From positions 32,574 through 96,573 of the forward strand of contig CAZLUT010000001.1 in NCBI GenBank assembly GCA_964562805.1: a stretch of 64,000 nucleotides of DNA, written 5' to 3'. The translations under genes and the position numbers were made by a program. Of the stretch, positions 37,315-46,909 are shown in pieces (position 1 is the stretch's first letter; each line of letters begins with the position of its first letter). The notes beneath the pieces are model-generated. The model had not been told where the DNA came from. It did no database searches and saw nothing but the letters and a program-made list of their open reading frames with translations. This DNA is from an uncultured bacterium (lineage in GTDB: Bacteria; Omnitrophota; Omnitrophia; Omnitrophales; CAZLUT01).

Positions 37315-37977
37315 ATGAAACATTTCCATCAAATCATTTTATTAGTTTTAGTAAGTTTACTTCTAATTCCGCAAATTGCCGGAGCCAAAGAATCGACACC
37401 GGGTGACGCACCTGAGCTTGTTATTGCTGATTTTGATTCGGGAAAAAAACCCAATAATGTTGGCGGTGACTTTGGATCTTGGAATTACGCTCCTCGGGAT
37501 GAAACTCAAGGATGTTGGGACTGGTTTGAACCTACCAATTTCAATGACGTTGAAGGCTATAGCGTGATTATGGAGTATGACGTTAAATCTCCTAATCCCG
37601 CGTTTTGCGGTTTATGGATGAAGCTTAAAAATGTAGATGTTTCACCCTATGATGTTTTAAGCCTGTGGCTTAAAGGCGACGAAAAAACAGGATTTACAAC
37701 GCGTTTCAAGATAGAAATGAGAAATAAACGCGGGAAACGTGCCGTTTATACCGTTAGCGGAGTTGATAATACCTGGCAGAATTTCAAAATTCCTTTTAAG
37801 AAAACTCGGGCTATTAATGATTGGAGTCAGATACAAGAAATGACTGTTGTATTTGATGATATTATGGCGACTAAAAAAGTGGGGCAGATTCTTTTAGATC
37901 AAATTAGTTTCAGGAAATATACCCCCGAAGAATTAAAGGCCCAAAAAGAAGCGCTAGCCAAGAACGCTGCCGCATAA
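37315..37977 (+). CDS. Exported carbohydrate-binding (CBM11/CIA30-like galactose-binding fold) protein
   Basis: Signal peptide, IADFD..NNVGG..G.W, YDVLSLWLKG, WQNFKIPF, GQILLDQISF. Confidence 0.7.
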   Translation: MKHFHQIILLVLVSLLLIPQIAGAKESTPGDAPELVIADFDSGKKPNNVGGDFGSWNYAPRDETQGCWDWFEPTNFNDVEGYSVIMEYDVKSPNPAFCGLWMKLKNVDVSPYDVLSLWLKGDEKTGFTTRFKIEMRNKRGKRAVYTVSGVDNTWQNFKIPFKKTRAINDWSQIQEMTVVFDDIMATKKVGQILLDQISFRKYTPEELKAQKEALAKNAAA

Positions 37978-39984
37978 ATGAAACTTAAGGTTCTCGCTGT
38001 CAGCCTTTTGGCTGTAGCGAATTTAGTTTTTCTCTCAAGTGATATCGAGGCCGGCCAAGCGCCTCAAAAACTTAAAGAGACGCGTTACCAGCCGAGAGTT
38101 TTAAAACAGCCGACGCATCAAAACCGGGTTCTTCTCGTCGACAATTTTAATTATCCCAATATGATGAATTTGCTCGGAGGAGAAACCCAGGGCGATGAAG
38201 AAGAGCCGGGCGGACTCATTCCTTCCTACACACCCAGTGGCCGTTTAACGATGGGGGAAGCCGGACATTCTCTAAAAATGGATTACAACGTGGCGATACC
38301 CATGGCTATTGCCTATTATTGGACACGTCTTGGCCCTGTGGATTCGGAGGTTGTGGGAGCAACTTTTCCGATTGATCTAGAAGGTTTCAACTATCTTTCT
38401 TTTTGGATAAAAACCGACCGAGAATATCCTCGTTTTGCCATCGAATTTCACCAGGATGTCAATAATGACCATATCTTCACTCTTGGAAAGGATACCAATA
38501 ATAAGATTGCTGTTTCCAGCTTTATTCTCTCGCCGGCCGAAAAAATCGCGGGAGGCGCTGCTGAAGTTATCGTTGATGTTAAGGATAAAAGAATTTTAGT
38601 TGAGAGTCGTAAAAAGAAGAAACCTAAAGTTGAAGAAGAGCTAAAACCGCAAGAGGAGGAGAAGGAAGAAGATGTTATTGAGACAGCGTCATTGAGCGAA
38701 ACGCCCGATGAGGCGGGAGAAATGATAGAGGTAATGTCTCCGCCAATTCTTCCAGGAGGAGAGGTTCTAAAAGAAGAAAAAACACAAACCACAGAGCGCA
38801 AAACACAAGAAGTAGCTGCAAAAGAACCGGAGATTCAAGAAGTTAAAGAGCTGGAGGAGAAGAAGGAAGAAACTGCGAAAGAGGCAGAGCCGGAGAAAAT
38901 GGAAGAGAAGCAAGAAAAAGCAGACGCCGAGCCAAAAAAAGAAGAAAAGCCGGAAGATATAAGCGGCAAGGTTAAAGAAGAAGAGAAAACGGTTGAAGCG
39001 ATGAAGAGACAAAAACCTAGCTCATTGTTGCGGCTGAAGAAATATAAGCGACGCTCCAGAAAAAGAGTCACTTTCTTTCACACCGAAGGTCCGGCTACTT
39101 CGCCCGAAAAGGAAGTTAGCAGAAGGGAACTTGAAGTATCCAGACGAAAAGCGCCCAAAAAGAGAGCGGTGGAGATTGAAGTAGGCAGCACGGTTGTTTC
39201 GAGGGCTGTTGTTACAACTGTTTTGGGAAAAGGAACTTCAATTCAGGCGCCTACTCAAATTAGAGCTATGCGTAAAAAAGATTTGTCCTGGCGAAAAGTA
39301 GTGGTGCCTTTAAGCCGATTTCGCGGCATTACGGATTGGTCCAAAATTTTAGAAATGATTTTTCTTTTTAGTGATCAATTAGCTTCTGATCAGGGCATTA
39401 TCTATGTTGACGATATTCTTTTTGGAACGAACTATATGCATCCGAAACCTGAAAAAGTACGTGCACCAAAAATAGAATTTTTAAAATTTGCTAAACTCAA
39501 GGAAAACATTTCTCCCGCGGTTATACGGGGCATTCAGATGGCAAGCCGTAAGGAGGAAAACCAGGCTGTCCACAAAGTATCCGAGGAAGCTCTCATGGCG
39601 CGGGATGTGAGCGGAGATCTCCTTAAAGCTCAACTTAATTCAAGAGAGAAAATAATAAACTTTTTTAAAACAGAAGACGCTGAGAATTTTATTGATGGAG
39701 CGCGTCTCCCCAACACTTTTTTGCTCTATTTTAAGACAAGTGTTACTGACCCCACCTTAGAAACAATTCGTGTTGAAACAAGCCAGGACGAGGGGGTAAC
39801 GTGGAGTATTATTTCAAACCTTTATTCTCACCAAGAGGATGGGGTCTATATCTTTCCGTGGAGGCTTCCATCAACCGGGGCGGGTGAATCAATCTTATTT
39901 CGCTTAAATGCCGCTGATATTTGGGGGAGGGCGGCTGTTATGGGAGAACCTATTAAGTTTCAAGTTGGAGGTGCCAGTGAGTAG
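37978..39984 (+). CDS. Exported protein with a CBM11-like domain split by a large charged insertion, plus an Ig-like C-terminal region
   Basis: Signal peptide. VDNFN..NLLGG and FNYLSFWIK precede an E/K-rich tract; WRKVVVPLSRF and GIIYVDDILF follow it. Confidence 0.65.
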   Translation: MKLKVLAVSLLAVANLVFLSSDIEAGQAPQKLKETRYQPRVLKQPTHQNRVLLVDNFNYPNMMNLLGGETQGDEEEPGGLIPSYTPSGRLTMGEAGHSLKMDYNVAIPMAIAYYWTRLGPVDSEVVGATFPIDLEGFNYLSFWIKTDREYPRFAIEFHQDVNNDHIFTLGKDTNNKIAVSSFILSPAEKIAGGAAEVIVDVKDKRILVESRKKKKPKVEEELKPQEEEKEEDVIETASLSETPDEAGEMIEVMSPPILPGGEVLKEEKTQTTERKTQEVAAKEPEIQEVKELEEKKEETAKEAEPEKMEEKQEKADAEPKKEEKPEDISGKVKEEEKTVEAMKRQKPSSLLRLKKYKRRSRKRVTFFHTEGPATSPEKEVSRRELEVSRRKAPKKRAVEIEVGSTVVSRAVVTTVLGKGTSIQAPTQIRAMRKKDLSWRKVVVPLSRFRGITDWSKILEMIFLFSDQLASDQGIIYVDDILFGTNYMHPKPEKVRAPKIEFLKFAKLKENISPAVIRGIQMASRKEENQAVHKVSEEALMARDVSGDLLKAQLNSREKIINFFKTEDAENFIDGARLPNTFLLYFKTSVTDPTLETIRVETSQDEGVTWSIISNLYSHQEDGVYIFPWRLPSTGAGESILFRLNAADIWGRAAVMGEPIKFQVGGASE

Positions 39985-41320
39985 TAATTTAGATCATGCT
40001 TACGATGAATATTTAGCCACTAATGATAAAGCGGCCGTTAAGGCGTTAGGCAATTTTGCCAAGGAACTTCACAACTCTGATATTAGATTCGGCCGTTCTA
40101 CCTTGCCCACCTATTTTAAACCGCATTTTTTGAAAGAAAAGCAGGAGCGTTTAATTAAACACGCGACCGGCGGTATGGTTAAGATCATGAATAAGGTAAT
40201 TGATCTTTATATCAATGAGCCTCATCTAAGAAAACAATTTGAAATTGATCCTGAAATTGAACAGTGGCTTTTAATGGACCCCGGCTACAAGCAATCTGTG
40301 GTATTTTCAAGAATTGACGGTTTTATTGAGGGTGAGGCTTTAAAATTCGTAGAGTTTAACACCGACTCTCCGGCGGGTGCCGCCTACGCGGATACGATTG
40401 GCGGATTGATTACTTCGCAAGAGGAAACACAGCCTTTTTTTAAAGATCACCATCTCAAATGGGATCACCGGGTGAAAAAAATCCTAGAGGGATTGCTGCA
40501 TGCCTATGAAGAGTTTGGAGGTAGTGAGAAACCGCAAATCGGAATTATTGATTGGCGGACCGTAAGAACCCACCCCGAGTTTCAAATTATTAAAACCTAT
40601 TTTGAAGAAAAAGGTTACAAAACGACCGTTGCGGACCCTAGAGAATTAAATTTTAAGCACGGGAAGCTTTATCATGAAAATTTCCGCATCGACCTTGTTT
40701 ATCGAAGAGCTATTTTTAATGAATTGATGGCCAAGATGGACGAAGTGGAAGATTTTCTAAAAGCCTACAAAGAACGTGCGGTATGTGTTGTGAATCCGTT
40801 CCGTTCTAAAATTGCGGGCACAAAGGCAATTCTTTGTTTTTTATCAAATCCTGCTTATGAACGGTTTTTTACTCCAAAAGAAAATGAGCTCAAACGGGAA
40901 TTTATTCCGTGGACACGTCAGCTGATGGATGCTGAGCGTTTTTACGGAGAGAAAAAGGTCTTTTTAATTGATTTTTTGAAGGATGAAAAAGATTTTCTTG
41001 TCTTAAAACCCGGTGATAGTTATGACGCTAAAGATGTTTTTGTCGGACGTGAAACGAGGGAAGAAGACTGGAATTACGCCTTGGATAAGGCCTTGAAAGA
41101 AAATTGGGTATTTCAAGAGTTTATTAATGTTCCTATTATGAGTGTCCCGGAAGTCGTCAATGAACGGCTTGATTTTATCTATAAAAAAGTAAGTATCGGT
41201 CTTTATACAAGCGGCGGAAAATATTCGGGCGCCATGTCGAGACTTTGCGATGATGCAATCATTAGCGTTGCTCACGGGGCCAGTCTTATTCCGTGTGTGG
41301 TAGTGGAAGAAGAGAGGTAG
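39977..41320 (+). CDS. Circularly permuted ATP-grasp / glutathionylspermidine-synthase-like ligase
   Basis: SRIDG, FVEFNTDSPAG, IDLVYRR, VLKP.D, WVFQEF. GTG 39977 follows ggagg. Confidence 0.8.
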   Translation: MSSNLDHAYDEYLATNDKAAVKALGNFAKELHNSDIRFGRSTLPTYFKPHFLKEKQERLIKHATGGMVKIMNKVIDLYINEPHLRKQFEIDPEIEQWLLMDPGYKQSVVFSRIDGFIEGEALKFVEFNTDSPAGAAYADTIGGLITSQEETQPFFKDHHLKWDHRVKKILEGLLHAYEEFGGSEKPQIGIIDWRTVRTHPEFQIIKTYFEEKGYKTTVADPRELNFKHGKLYHENFRIDLVYRRAIFNELMAKMDEVEDFLKAYKERAVCVVNPFRSKIAGTKAILCFLSNPAYERFFTPKENELKREFIPWTRQLMDAERFYGEKKVFLIDFLKDEKDFLVLKPGDSYDAKDVFVGRETREEDWNYALDKALKENWVFQEFINVPIMSVPEVVNERLDFIYKKVSIGLYTSGGKYSGAMSRLCDDAIISVAHGASLIPCVVVEEER

Positions 41321-41329
41321 TGCGCGTCT

Positions 41330-41746
41330 GTGAATCCAAGAGTTTTCTCGCTAGACGAAGCTAATCAGCTGATCCCTAAATTAAGGGAACTTACTCTAAA
41401 AATTCAGCATAAAAAAGAATTGATGCAAAAAAAACACGATCAATTGCTGATTTTAGATCTTTTGGCAGGAGATAAAATTAACGAACACGGTTCCCAAGAT
41501 AACAAGGAATATCTTTCAAAGAGTGCTGAGCTGGAGTCGCTGATTTTGTCGTTCGAAGAAGATGTTTCGGTGATCAACAGATGCGGCTGCTACCTTAGAG
41601 ATATTGACCGGTGTTCAATTGATTTTTTTTCAATACGAAAAAACGAATTAGTTTACCTTAACTGGCAGATGGGAGAGGAAGAGATTCGTTATTATCATGA
41701 CGTTGACACGCATTACAGTGATCGGAAAACATTCGGTGAAAAGTAA
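41330..41746 (+). CDS. DUF2203-family protein
   Basis: FSLDEANQLIP start; RDID...IDF, VYLNWQMGEEEI.YYH. Confidence 0.85.
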   Translation: MNPRVFSLDEANQLIPKLRELTLKIQHKKELMQKKHDQLLILDLLAGDKINEHGSQDNKEYLSKSAELESLILSFEEDVSVINRCGCYLRDIDRCSIDFFSIRKNELVYLNWQMGEEEIRYYHDVDTHYSDRKTFGEK

Positions 41747-41834
41747 AAAAACCTAAAAAAATTGTTTCGATTTTTCAAAAATCTTTTATCATTTTACTAA
41801 TTTTTAACAACATCTAAAAAGTGAAAAAAGAACA

Positions 41835-42386
41835 ATGAATTTAGTTCCTAAAAAAATTTTTCTGACAAAAGGTGTCGGAATTGACCGGCACAAGCTTAAT
41901 AGCCTTGAGCTGGCACTTCGCCACGCGCAAATCGCCTGTTATAACATTGTGCGGGTTTCGAGCATTTTACCCCCTCATTGTAATCGGGTTACTCTTGGTA
42001 AAGGACTCAAGTATTTGAAGCCGGGGCAGATCGTTTTTGCGGTCATGGCTGAGTCATCCACAAACGAACCAAACCGTTTGGTAGCAGCCAGCGTAGGGGT
42101 CGCAATACCCGCCAACCGCAGTCAATATGGCTACCTTTCAGAACATCATTCATCCGGTCAAACGCAAGGAAAAGCTGGGGATTATGCCGAAGATATGGCA
42201 GCGGGCATGCTTGCTACGACGCTGGGCGTAAAATTTGATCCCGAGGCCAGTTATGACGAAAAAAAAGAAATTTGGAAAATTAGCGATTCAATCGTCAGAA
42301 CATCGGAAATGACCCAGTCAGCCGAAGGAAATAAAAATGGTCTTTGGACTACTGTTGTTGCCGCCGCCGTTTTTTGCGACTACTAG
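41835..42386 (+). CDS. pdaD: Pyruvoyl-dependent arginine decarboxylase
   Basis: ELALR.A.IA.YNIVRVSSILPP (Ser-Ser self-cleavage site), YGYLSEHH, AEDMAA.MLATTLG. Confidence 0.93.
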   Translation: MNLVPKKIFLTKGVGIDRHKLNSLELALRHAQIACYNIVRVSSILPPHCNRVTLGKGLKYLKPGQIVFAVMAESSTNEPNRLVAASVGVAIPANRSQYGYLSEHHSSGQTQGKAGDYAEDMAAGMLATTLGVKFDPEASYDEKKEIWKISDSIVRTSEMTQSAEGNKNGLWTTVVAAAVFCDY

Positions 42387-42420
42387 CCCTAGCTTCTAAC
42401 CACTATCAACTAACCACTAG

Positions 42421-43293
42421 TTAGTTCACTGTTTCGATAATCACGCCATCCGGCATTTTATAATAAAACATTTTTTCGGGAGCGAAGGAATTAAGAGATA
42501 GCTGCTTGATCTTGATTTCGGTTGTTTGATTTTTATCAAATTGCTTAAATTTAATCTGTCTTGGAAACGAGAGGTACATCTCGTAGCGAAAATCGTTTCT
42601 TAGAAATTCTACCTTTGGAATTCCTTGTTTTGAATAATGAACTTCTTTTTCAACCATCGCGTTAGTTCGGTTGATCCAAAGCCGGCGCTTTAAGACTTTA
42701 AGCTCCTTGGATTGATCAAACACGGATAACAAATAATAAGGACTTTCAACTTCTCTCATTTCCGCAACCTCATTTTTTAAGAGAGGTTTTGACACAAAAG
42801 AGCCTTCCACTAATATAGGATCTAATTGCATTTCAAAGCCCCTTAAAAATTTTTCGTAAGAAACTTTTCCCGTATAAACTGTGTTGTAGCGAGGGACGTA
42901 AAACCAGAATTCGGGATAATTCATTGTGAGAGTGAAGAAATTAGGCACAAGCTCTTTGTAGCCCTGGACTACTAATCGCCCCGGTTTTTTGTAAGTTACG
43001 CGAGCCAGGCAATTTTGGTTCGGGCTCGCCTCGGGGCCTAAAAAAACAAGATCAGCAGTTAATTTTAAACTTCGAAATTCAGAATAATCTCTTCTGATCT
43101 TCTCCAAAATTTTTTCCTTGGATAAGACCAACAGCTTGCTTGATTTTACTGTTTTTTCAGTTCCTTCTTGAACGGAAACTGAAGAGTTTATTATGCCCAG
43201 GGGAAGGATATCTTCTTTAGATAGACAGCCAGCTTGAGACAAACAACCTACTCCTATTAGAATAATGAGTGTCAAATTAAACAAACGTTTCAA
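42421..43293 (-). CDS. Putative lipoprotein with a LolA/LolB-like (DUF4292-like) fold
   Basis: TTG 43293 preceded by aggag; hydrophobic leader and AGC lipobox; FWFYVP..N.VY.G, RRLWI, FPRQI. The longer start at 43437 lies inside a palindromic element. Confidence 0.6.
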   Translation of the reverse strand: MKRLFNLTLIILIGVGCLSQAGCLSKEDILPLGIINSSVSVQEGTEKTVKSSKLLVLSKEKILEKIRRDYSEFRSLKLTADLVFLGPEASPNQNCLARVTYKKPGRLVVQGYKELVPNFFTLTMNYPEFWFYVPRYNTVYTGKVSYEKFLRGFEMQLDPILVEGSFVSKPLLKNEVAEMREVESPYYLLSVFDQSKELKVLKRRLWINRTNAMVEKEVHYSKQGIPKVEFLRNDFRYEMYLSFPRQIKFKQFDKNQTTEIKIKQLSLNSFAPEKMFYYKMPDGVIIETVN

Positions 43294-43372
43294 CAGACCC
43301 CGCTCCTGTAGTTGATCGATTATATAACAGTTTTTACTCGTCAACATCACTTGTTGCATATTAATAAGTATT

Positions 43373-43435
43373 CTCTCTCTCATTTCGGGAGAGGCTTGCC
43401 CCGCACCCTTGTGGTATGGGGGTCGGGGTGAGGGC
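43373..43435. repeat. GC-rich REP-like palindromic element with a nested hairpin
   Basis: ctctctc..gggagagg then gccccgcacc..ggtatggggg and ggtcggggtgaggg; GC-rich in an AT-rich intergenic region. Confidence 0.55.
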
Positions 43436-43573
43436 ACAATGATACCTGTCCCCTAATAGGTGATAGTCACCCTTTAAACAATTACTGTTGTGAAAATGGG
43501 GGCACTTTAATTTTCAAGGCGTCCCTATTATCTTCATTATTTTGACTTTGAGAGAAGCTTAAGCTGTGCTACG

Positions 43574-43906
43574 ATGTCCGGCTCTATGGCCACTTTGGAC
43601 GATTATAAAAAGCTAGACTTAAGAGTTGCGGAAATTATAGAGGTTTTACCTCATCCGAGCGCCGATAGGCTCTATGTACTCAAGATTCGCGTGGGCGAAA
43701 AGGAGAAGCAAATTGTGGCCGGTATTAAAGAGTACTATAAGGAAGAAGACCTTAAGGGTAAAAAAATCGCTATTATTGATAATTTGGAACCGGTTGTGTT
43801 ACGTGGCGTTGAGTCGGAAGGGATGCTTTTAGCAGCCAAGGATGATAAAACTTTAGGAGTTTTAACTTTAGATAAGGCAATTGATTCAGGATCGGCTATA
43901 AAATGA
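43574..43906 (+). CDS. Stand-alone tRNA-binding OB-fold protein (MetRS C-terminal / Trbp111 / CsaA-like)
   Basis: LDLRVA.I, HP.ADRLY, QIVAGI, NLEP..LRGVESEGMLLAA. Confidence 0.92.
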   Translation: MSGSMATLDDYKKLDLRVAEIIEVLPHPSADRLYVLKIRVGEKEKQIVAGIKEYYKEEDLKGKKIAIIDNLEPVVLRGVESEGMLLAAKDDKTLGVLTLDKAIDSGSAIK

Positions 43907-44223
43907 CAAAGTCTAAGGAATCCGAAGCAAAAGAGTTAAAGAAGGCTATACAGCTTTTGCAGAGAACTCAAGACGAGCAGTATGAAAGTTTGAAAAATGA
44001 ATTTTCAAACCGCGCGGAATCTCAATGCAACTTAATGAAATACTTGTTTCAAAAGTACCAAATTATGAAAGAAGTTTTAAAGGCTTTAACCGCTGAACTC
44101 GCGGTAGAGCCAAAACGTTTGGATGAGCTTTGGAAAGAGGCAAAAGAAAAATGTGCCTCAAGCTCAATAGAAGATGAAATGGTAGAAAACTACAGTGAGG
44201 AGCTAGGAAAAGACAATGGCTGA
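43903..44223 (+). CDS. Hypothetical helical protein
   Basis: Overlaps both neighbours in an operon-like way; no motif recognised. Confidence 0.7.
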   Translation: MTKSKESEAKELKKAIQLLQRTQDEQYESLKNEFSNRAESQCNLMKYLFQKYQIMKEVLKALTAELAVEPKRLDELWKEAKEKCASSSIEDEMVENYSEELGKDNG

Positions 44224-45862
44224 GATAGAACCGTTTCGAGCACTACGATTTGATAATTCTAAAGTTGATATGAGTAAAGTGACTTGTCCGCCTTACGATG
44301 TTATTTCGGATACCCAGCGTGATGAGCTTTACAGAAGAGATGCGAATAATTTTGTCCGCATCGAACACCCCCGGCCTGATAGGGAAGATCTTTCGGGTGA
44401 AGAGAAGTACGGGCGTGCTTCGACTAATATGCAGGAAATGATTTCAAAAGGCGTTTTGATTCAGGACGAAGAACCTGCTTTTTATTTGTATGAGCAAATT
44501 TTTCGTCATCCGGAGGCTAGAAAAAAATATTCACGGCTTGGCTTGTTTTGCCTTCTAAAACTCGATGATTCCGAAGAAGAAGGTACGGTGATCCCTCATG
44601 AGAAAACGCATCGCGCGGCGAAAGATGATCGATTTAAGCTTTTAAAAGAAACCCAAGCAAACACTTCGCCCATCTTTGGTCTTTATGAAGATTCTGAAAG
44701 TTTGATCAGTTCTATCTTTGATGATGAAGAGGGAACTGTTTTAACTGAATTTATGGACGAAAATGGGGACCGCCACCGCTTAATTCGCATTTCGAACAAA
44801 AAGACCGTGGAAGCAATTCAAAACATGCTCCAAGATAAAAAAATTACTATTGCCGATGGACATCACCGTTATGAAACCGCTTTAAATTATAAGCGGCACG
44901 CTGAGCGCCTTGGTAATAAAAAACCGGAAGATGATTATACTTTGGTTTGTTTATCAGAGTGGGATGAGCCTGGCCTTGTGATTTTGCCGATCCACCGGGT
45001 GATTCGTTCTTTTGGTAAGATGAGCCGCGTTGAGTTTTTGGTGCGCCTCAAAAGAGATTTTATTTTAAAAGAGATTTCTTTGCAGCATGTACCCCAGGTC
45101 GTTAAAGAGCTCGAACGGGATTTTGTAATCTATCTTGGTGGCAATTATGCCTACCACGCGATGTTAAAAGACCCCGAAATTTTAAAAACAGAGCTTCCCG
45201 AAGGAAAGCCCGAGGTTTGGTATGATTTAACTGTTACCTGGTTTGATCAATTGGTCTGCAAAAAGATCTTGGACCTTGCCGAGGAAAGAGACTTTGCTAA
45301 AACCGTGGGTTATAACTCTTCCTACAAAGGAGCGATGACTGAGGTGACAGCGGGCACTGCCCGTGCTGCTTTCCTGTTTTCGGCAACTCAAAAATCCGAA
45401 ATGAGAGAAATTGTTGGCGCTGACGAGTTAATGCCTCAGAAATCAACTTTCTTTTATCCTAAACTTCTGACAGGGCTTGTTGCTTATCCTCATTTTGAAC
45501 CAGCCGCCTTTGTTCGCACCCGGAAAGAAAAAGGTCGCGATACAAGACGGGGAGGAAGAAAGATTCAAATCGTTCCTACGGTGGCAGCCCAAATGAAAGC
45601 TGAAGGAGAGCGGAAAGAGGCTGAAGCGAGTGCCGCCAAGGCTCAGGCGGAGGAAGAGGTGAAGGCGAAAGAGGAAAATGCTGAGAGCCAAGAGGGAGAA
45701 AAACCACAAAACATAGAACACAAAGCGCAAGAAGAAAAGAAAGAGGAAGTAGAAGAAAAACAGGAAAAAAAGAAAGAGCCGGGAAAGAAAGAAGAAAAAA
45801 CAGACGCCGAGCCAGGAAAAGAAATTTCAGAAACTTCTAGCAAAGAACAGAAAAAAGAATAG
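44216..45862 (+). CDS. DUF1015-family protein with a long E/K-rich C-terminal tail
   Basis: PF.ALR, PPYDVI, PHEKT, IADGHHRYETA, MPQKSTFFYPK. Confidence 0.92.
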   Translation: MAEIEPFRALRFDNSKVDMSKVTCPPYDVISDTQRDELYRRDANNFVRIEHPRPDREDLSGEEKYGRASTNMQEMISKGVLIQDEEPAFYLYEQIFRHPEARKKYSRLGLFCLLKLDDSEEEGTVIPHEKTHRAAKDDRFKLLKETQANTSPIFGLYEDSESLISSIFDDEEGTVLTEFMDENGDRHRLIRISNKKTVEAIQNMLQDKKITIADGHHRYETALNYKRHAERLGNKKPEDDYTLVCLSEWDEPGLVILPIHRVIRSFGKMSRVEFLVRLKRDFILKEISLQHVPQVVKELERDFVIYLGGNYAYHAMLKDPEILKTELPEGKPEVWYDLTVTWFDQLVCKKILDLAEERDFAKTVGYNSSYKGAMTEVTAGTARAAFLFSATQKSEMREIVGADELMPQKSTFFYPKLLTGLVAYPHFEPAAFVRTRKEKGRDTRRGGRKIQIVPTVAAQMKAEGERKEAEASAAKAQAEEEVKAKEENAESQEGEKPQNIEHKAQEEKKEEVEEKQEKKKEPGKKEEKTDAEPGKEISETSSKEQKKE

Positions 45863-45874
45863 AATTCTACCCCT

Positions 45875-46909
45875 ATGGAAACGAACATACCCAAAGGTCA
45901 AATGCCGGATTTTTCACGATACCAGAGATGGATCGTTCCGATCGTTGTTTTGGTCATTCTTTTAGCTTCTTTGGGCTCACTTTTTTATACGGTAGAACCC
46001 GATGAAGTTGGGGTGATCCAAAGATTTGGCAAATATGTTAAATCTACCTCGCCGGGCCTTCATATGAAATTACCTTTTGGTATTGAAACCGTCAAAAAAG
46101 TCCGCGTAACTCACGTATTTAAGGAAGAATTTGGATTTAAAACACTTAGATCAGGTGTTAGGACCAGCATGCAGCTCGATAGCCTTCAAAGACGCAGCCG
46201 CGGCGGCCGGAGCATGGGATTTACCGATGACCCTTTTTTGGCTGAGTCGCTTATGCTGACGGGTGACCTGAATAGTGCCGTGGTCGAATGGATCGTTCAA
46301 TATAAGATCAGCGATCCTGTTAAATACCTTTTTAATATGCGTAATGTCGAAAATACCATCCGCAATATGTCAGAAGCTTTTATGCGCCAAGTTGTGGGTG
46401 ATAACGATATCAACCAAGTTTTAACAGCAGGCCGTGAAGAAATTCGTCTTAAGGCTCAAGAAGAGCTGCAGACACTTTTAAACAAATTTGATATCGGCAT
46501 CAAAATTGACCGCTTACTTCTTCAAAACGTTACCCCACCGGAGGAGGTAAAACCTTCTTTTAACGCGGTTAACGAGGCTAGACAGGAAAAAGAAAAACTA
46601 ATTAACAATGCTTGGAAGATCTATAACGAAATCATTCCGAAGGCTAAAGGCCAGGCCTTACAAGTGGTTGAAGAAGCTAAGGGTTATTCGATTGAACGTG
46701 TTAATAATTCCAAGGGTGATGTCGCCAAATTTAATGCTGTTTTAAAAGAATACCAAAAAGCCAAAGATGTCACACGACGCAGACTTTATCTTGAGACAAT
46801 GACAGAAGTACTGCCCGAGTTAGATAATCGAATTTTAGTAGATGAAAAAATGGAAAGTGTTTTACCCTTTTTAAATCTTCCTACTAAAAAGGTGAAAGAA
46901 AGAAAATGA
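45875..46909 (+). CDS. hflK: FtsH modulator HflK
   Basis: TM helix plus SPFH domain, MLTGD.N, VTRRRLYLETM; upstream of hflC. Confidence 0.95.
   Translation: METNIPKGQMPDFSRYQRWIVPIVVLVILLASLGSLFYTVEPDEVGVIQRFGKYVKSTSPGLHMKLPFGIETVKKVRVTHVFKEEFGFKTLRSGVRTSMQLDSLQRRSRGGRSMGFTDDPFLAESLMLTGDLNSAVVEWIVQYKISDPVKYLFNMRNVENTIRNMSEAFMRQVVGDNDINQVLTAGREEIRLKAQEELQTLLNKFDIGIKIDRLLLQNVTPPEEVKPSFNAVNEARQEKEKLINNAWKIYNEIIPKAKGQALQVVEEAKGYSIERVNNSKGDVAKFNAVLKEYQKAKDVTRRRLYLETMTEVLPELDNRILVDEKMESVLPFLNLPTKKVKERK

Noticed and set aside
43294-43437. N-terminal extension of the 42421-43437 ORF
   Set aside because: It starts inside a palindromic element, and a better start (TTG 43293 with aggag) gives a normal lipoprotein leader.
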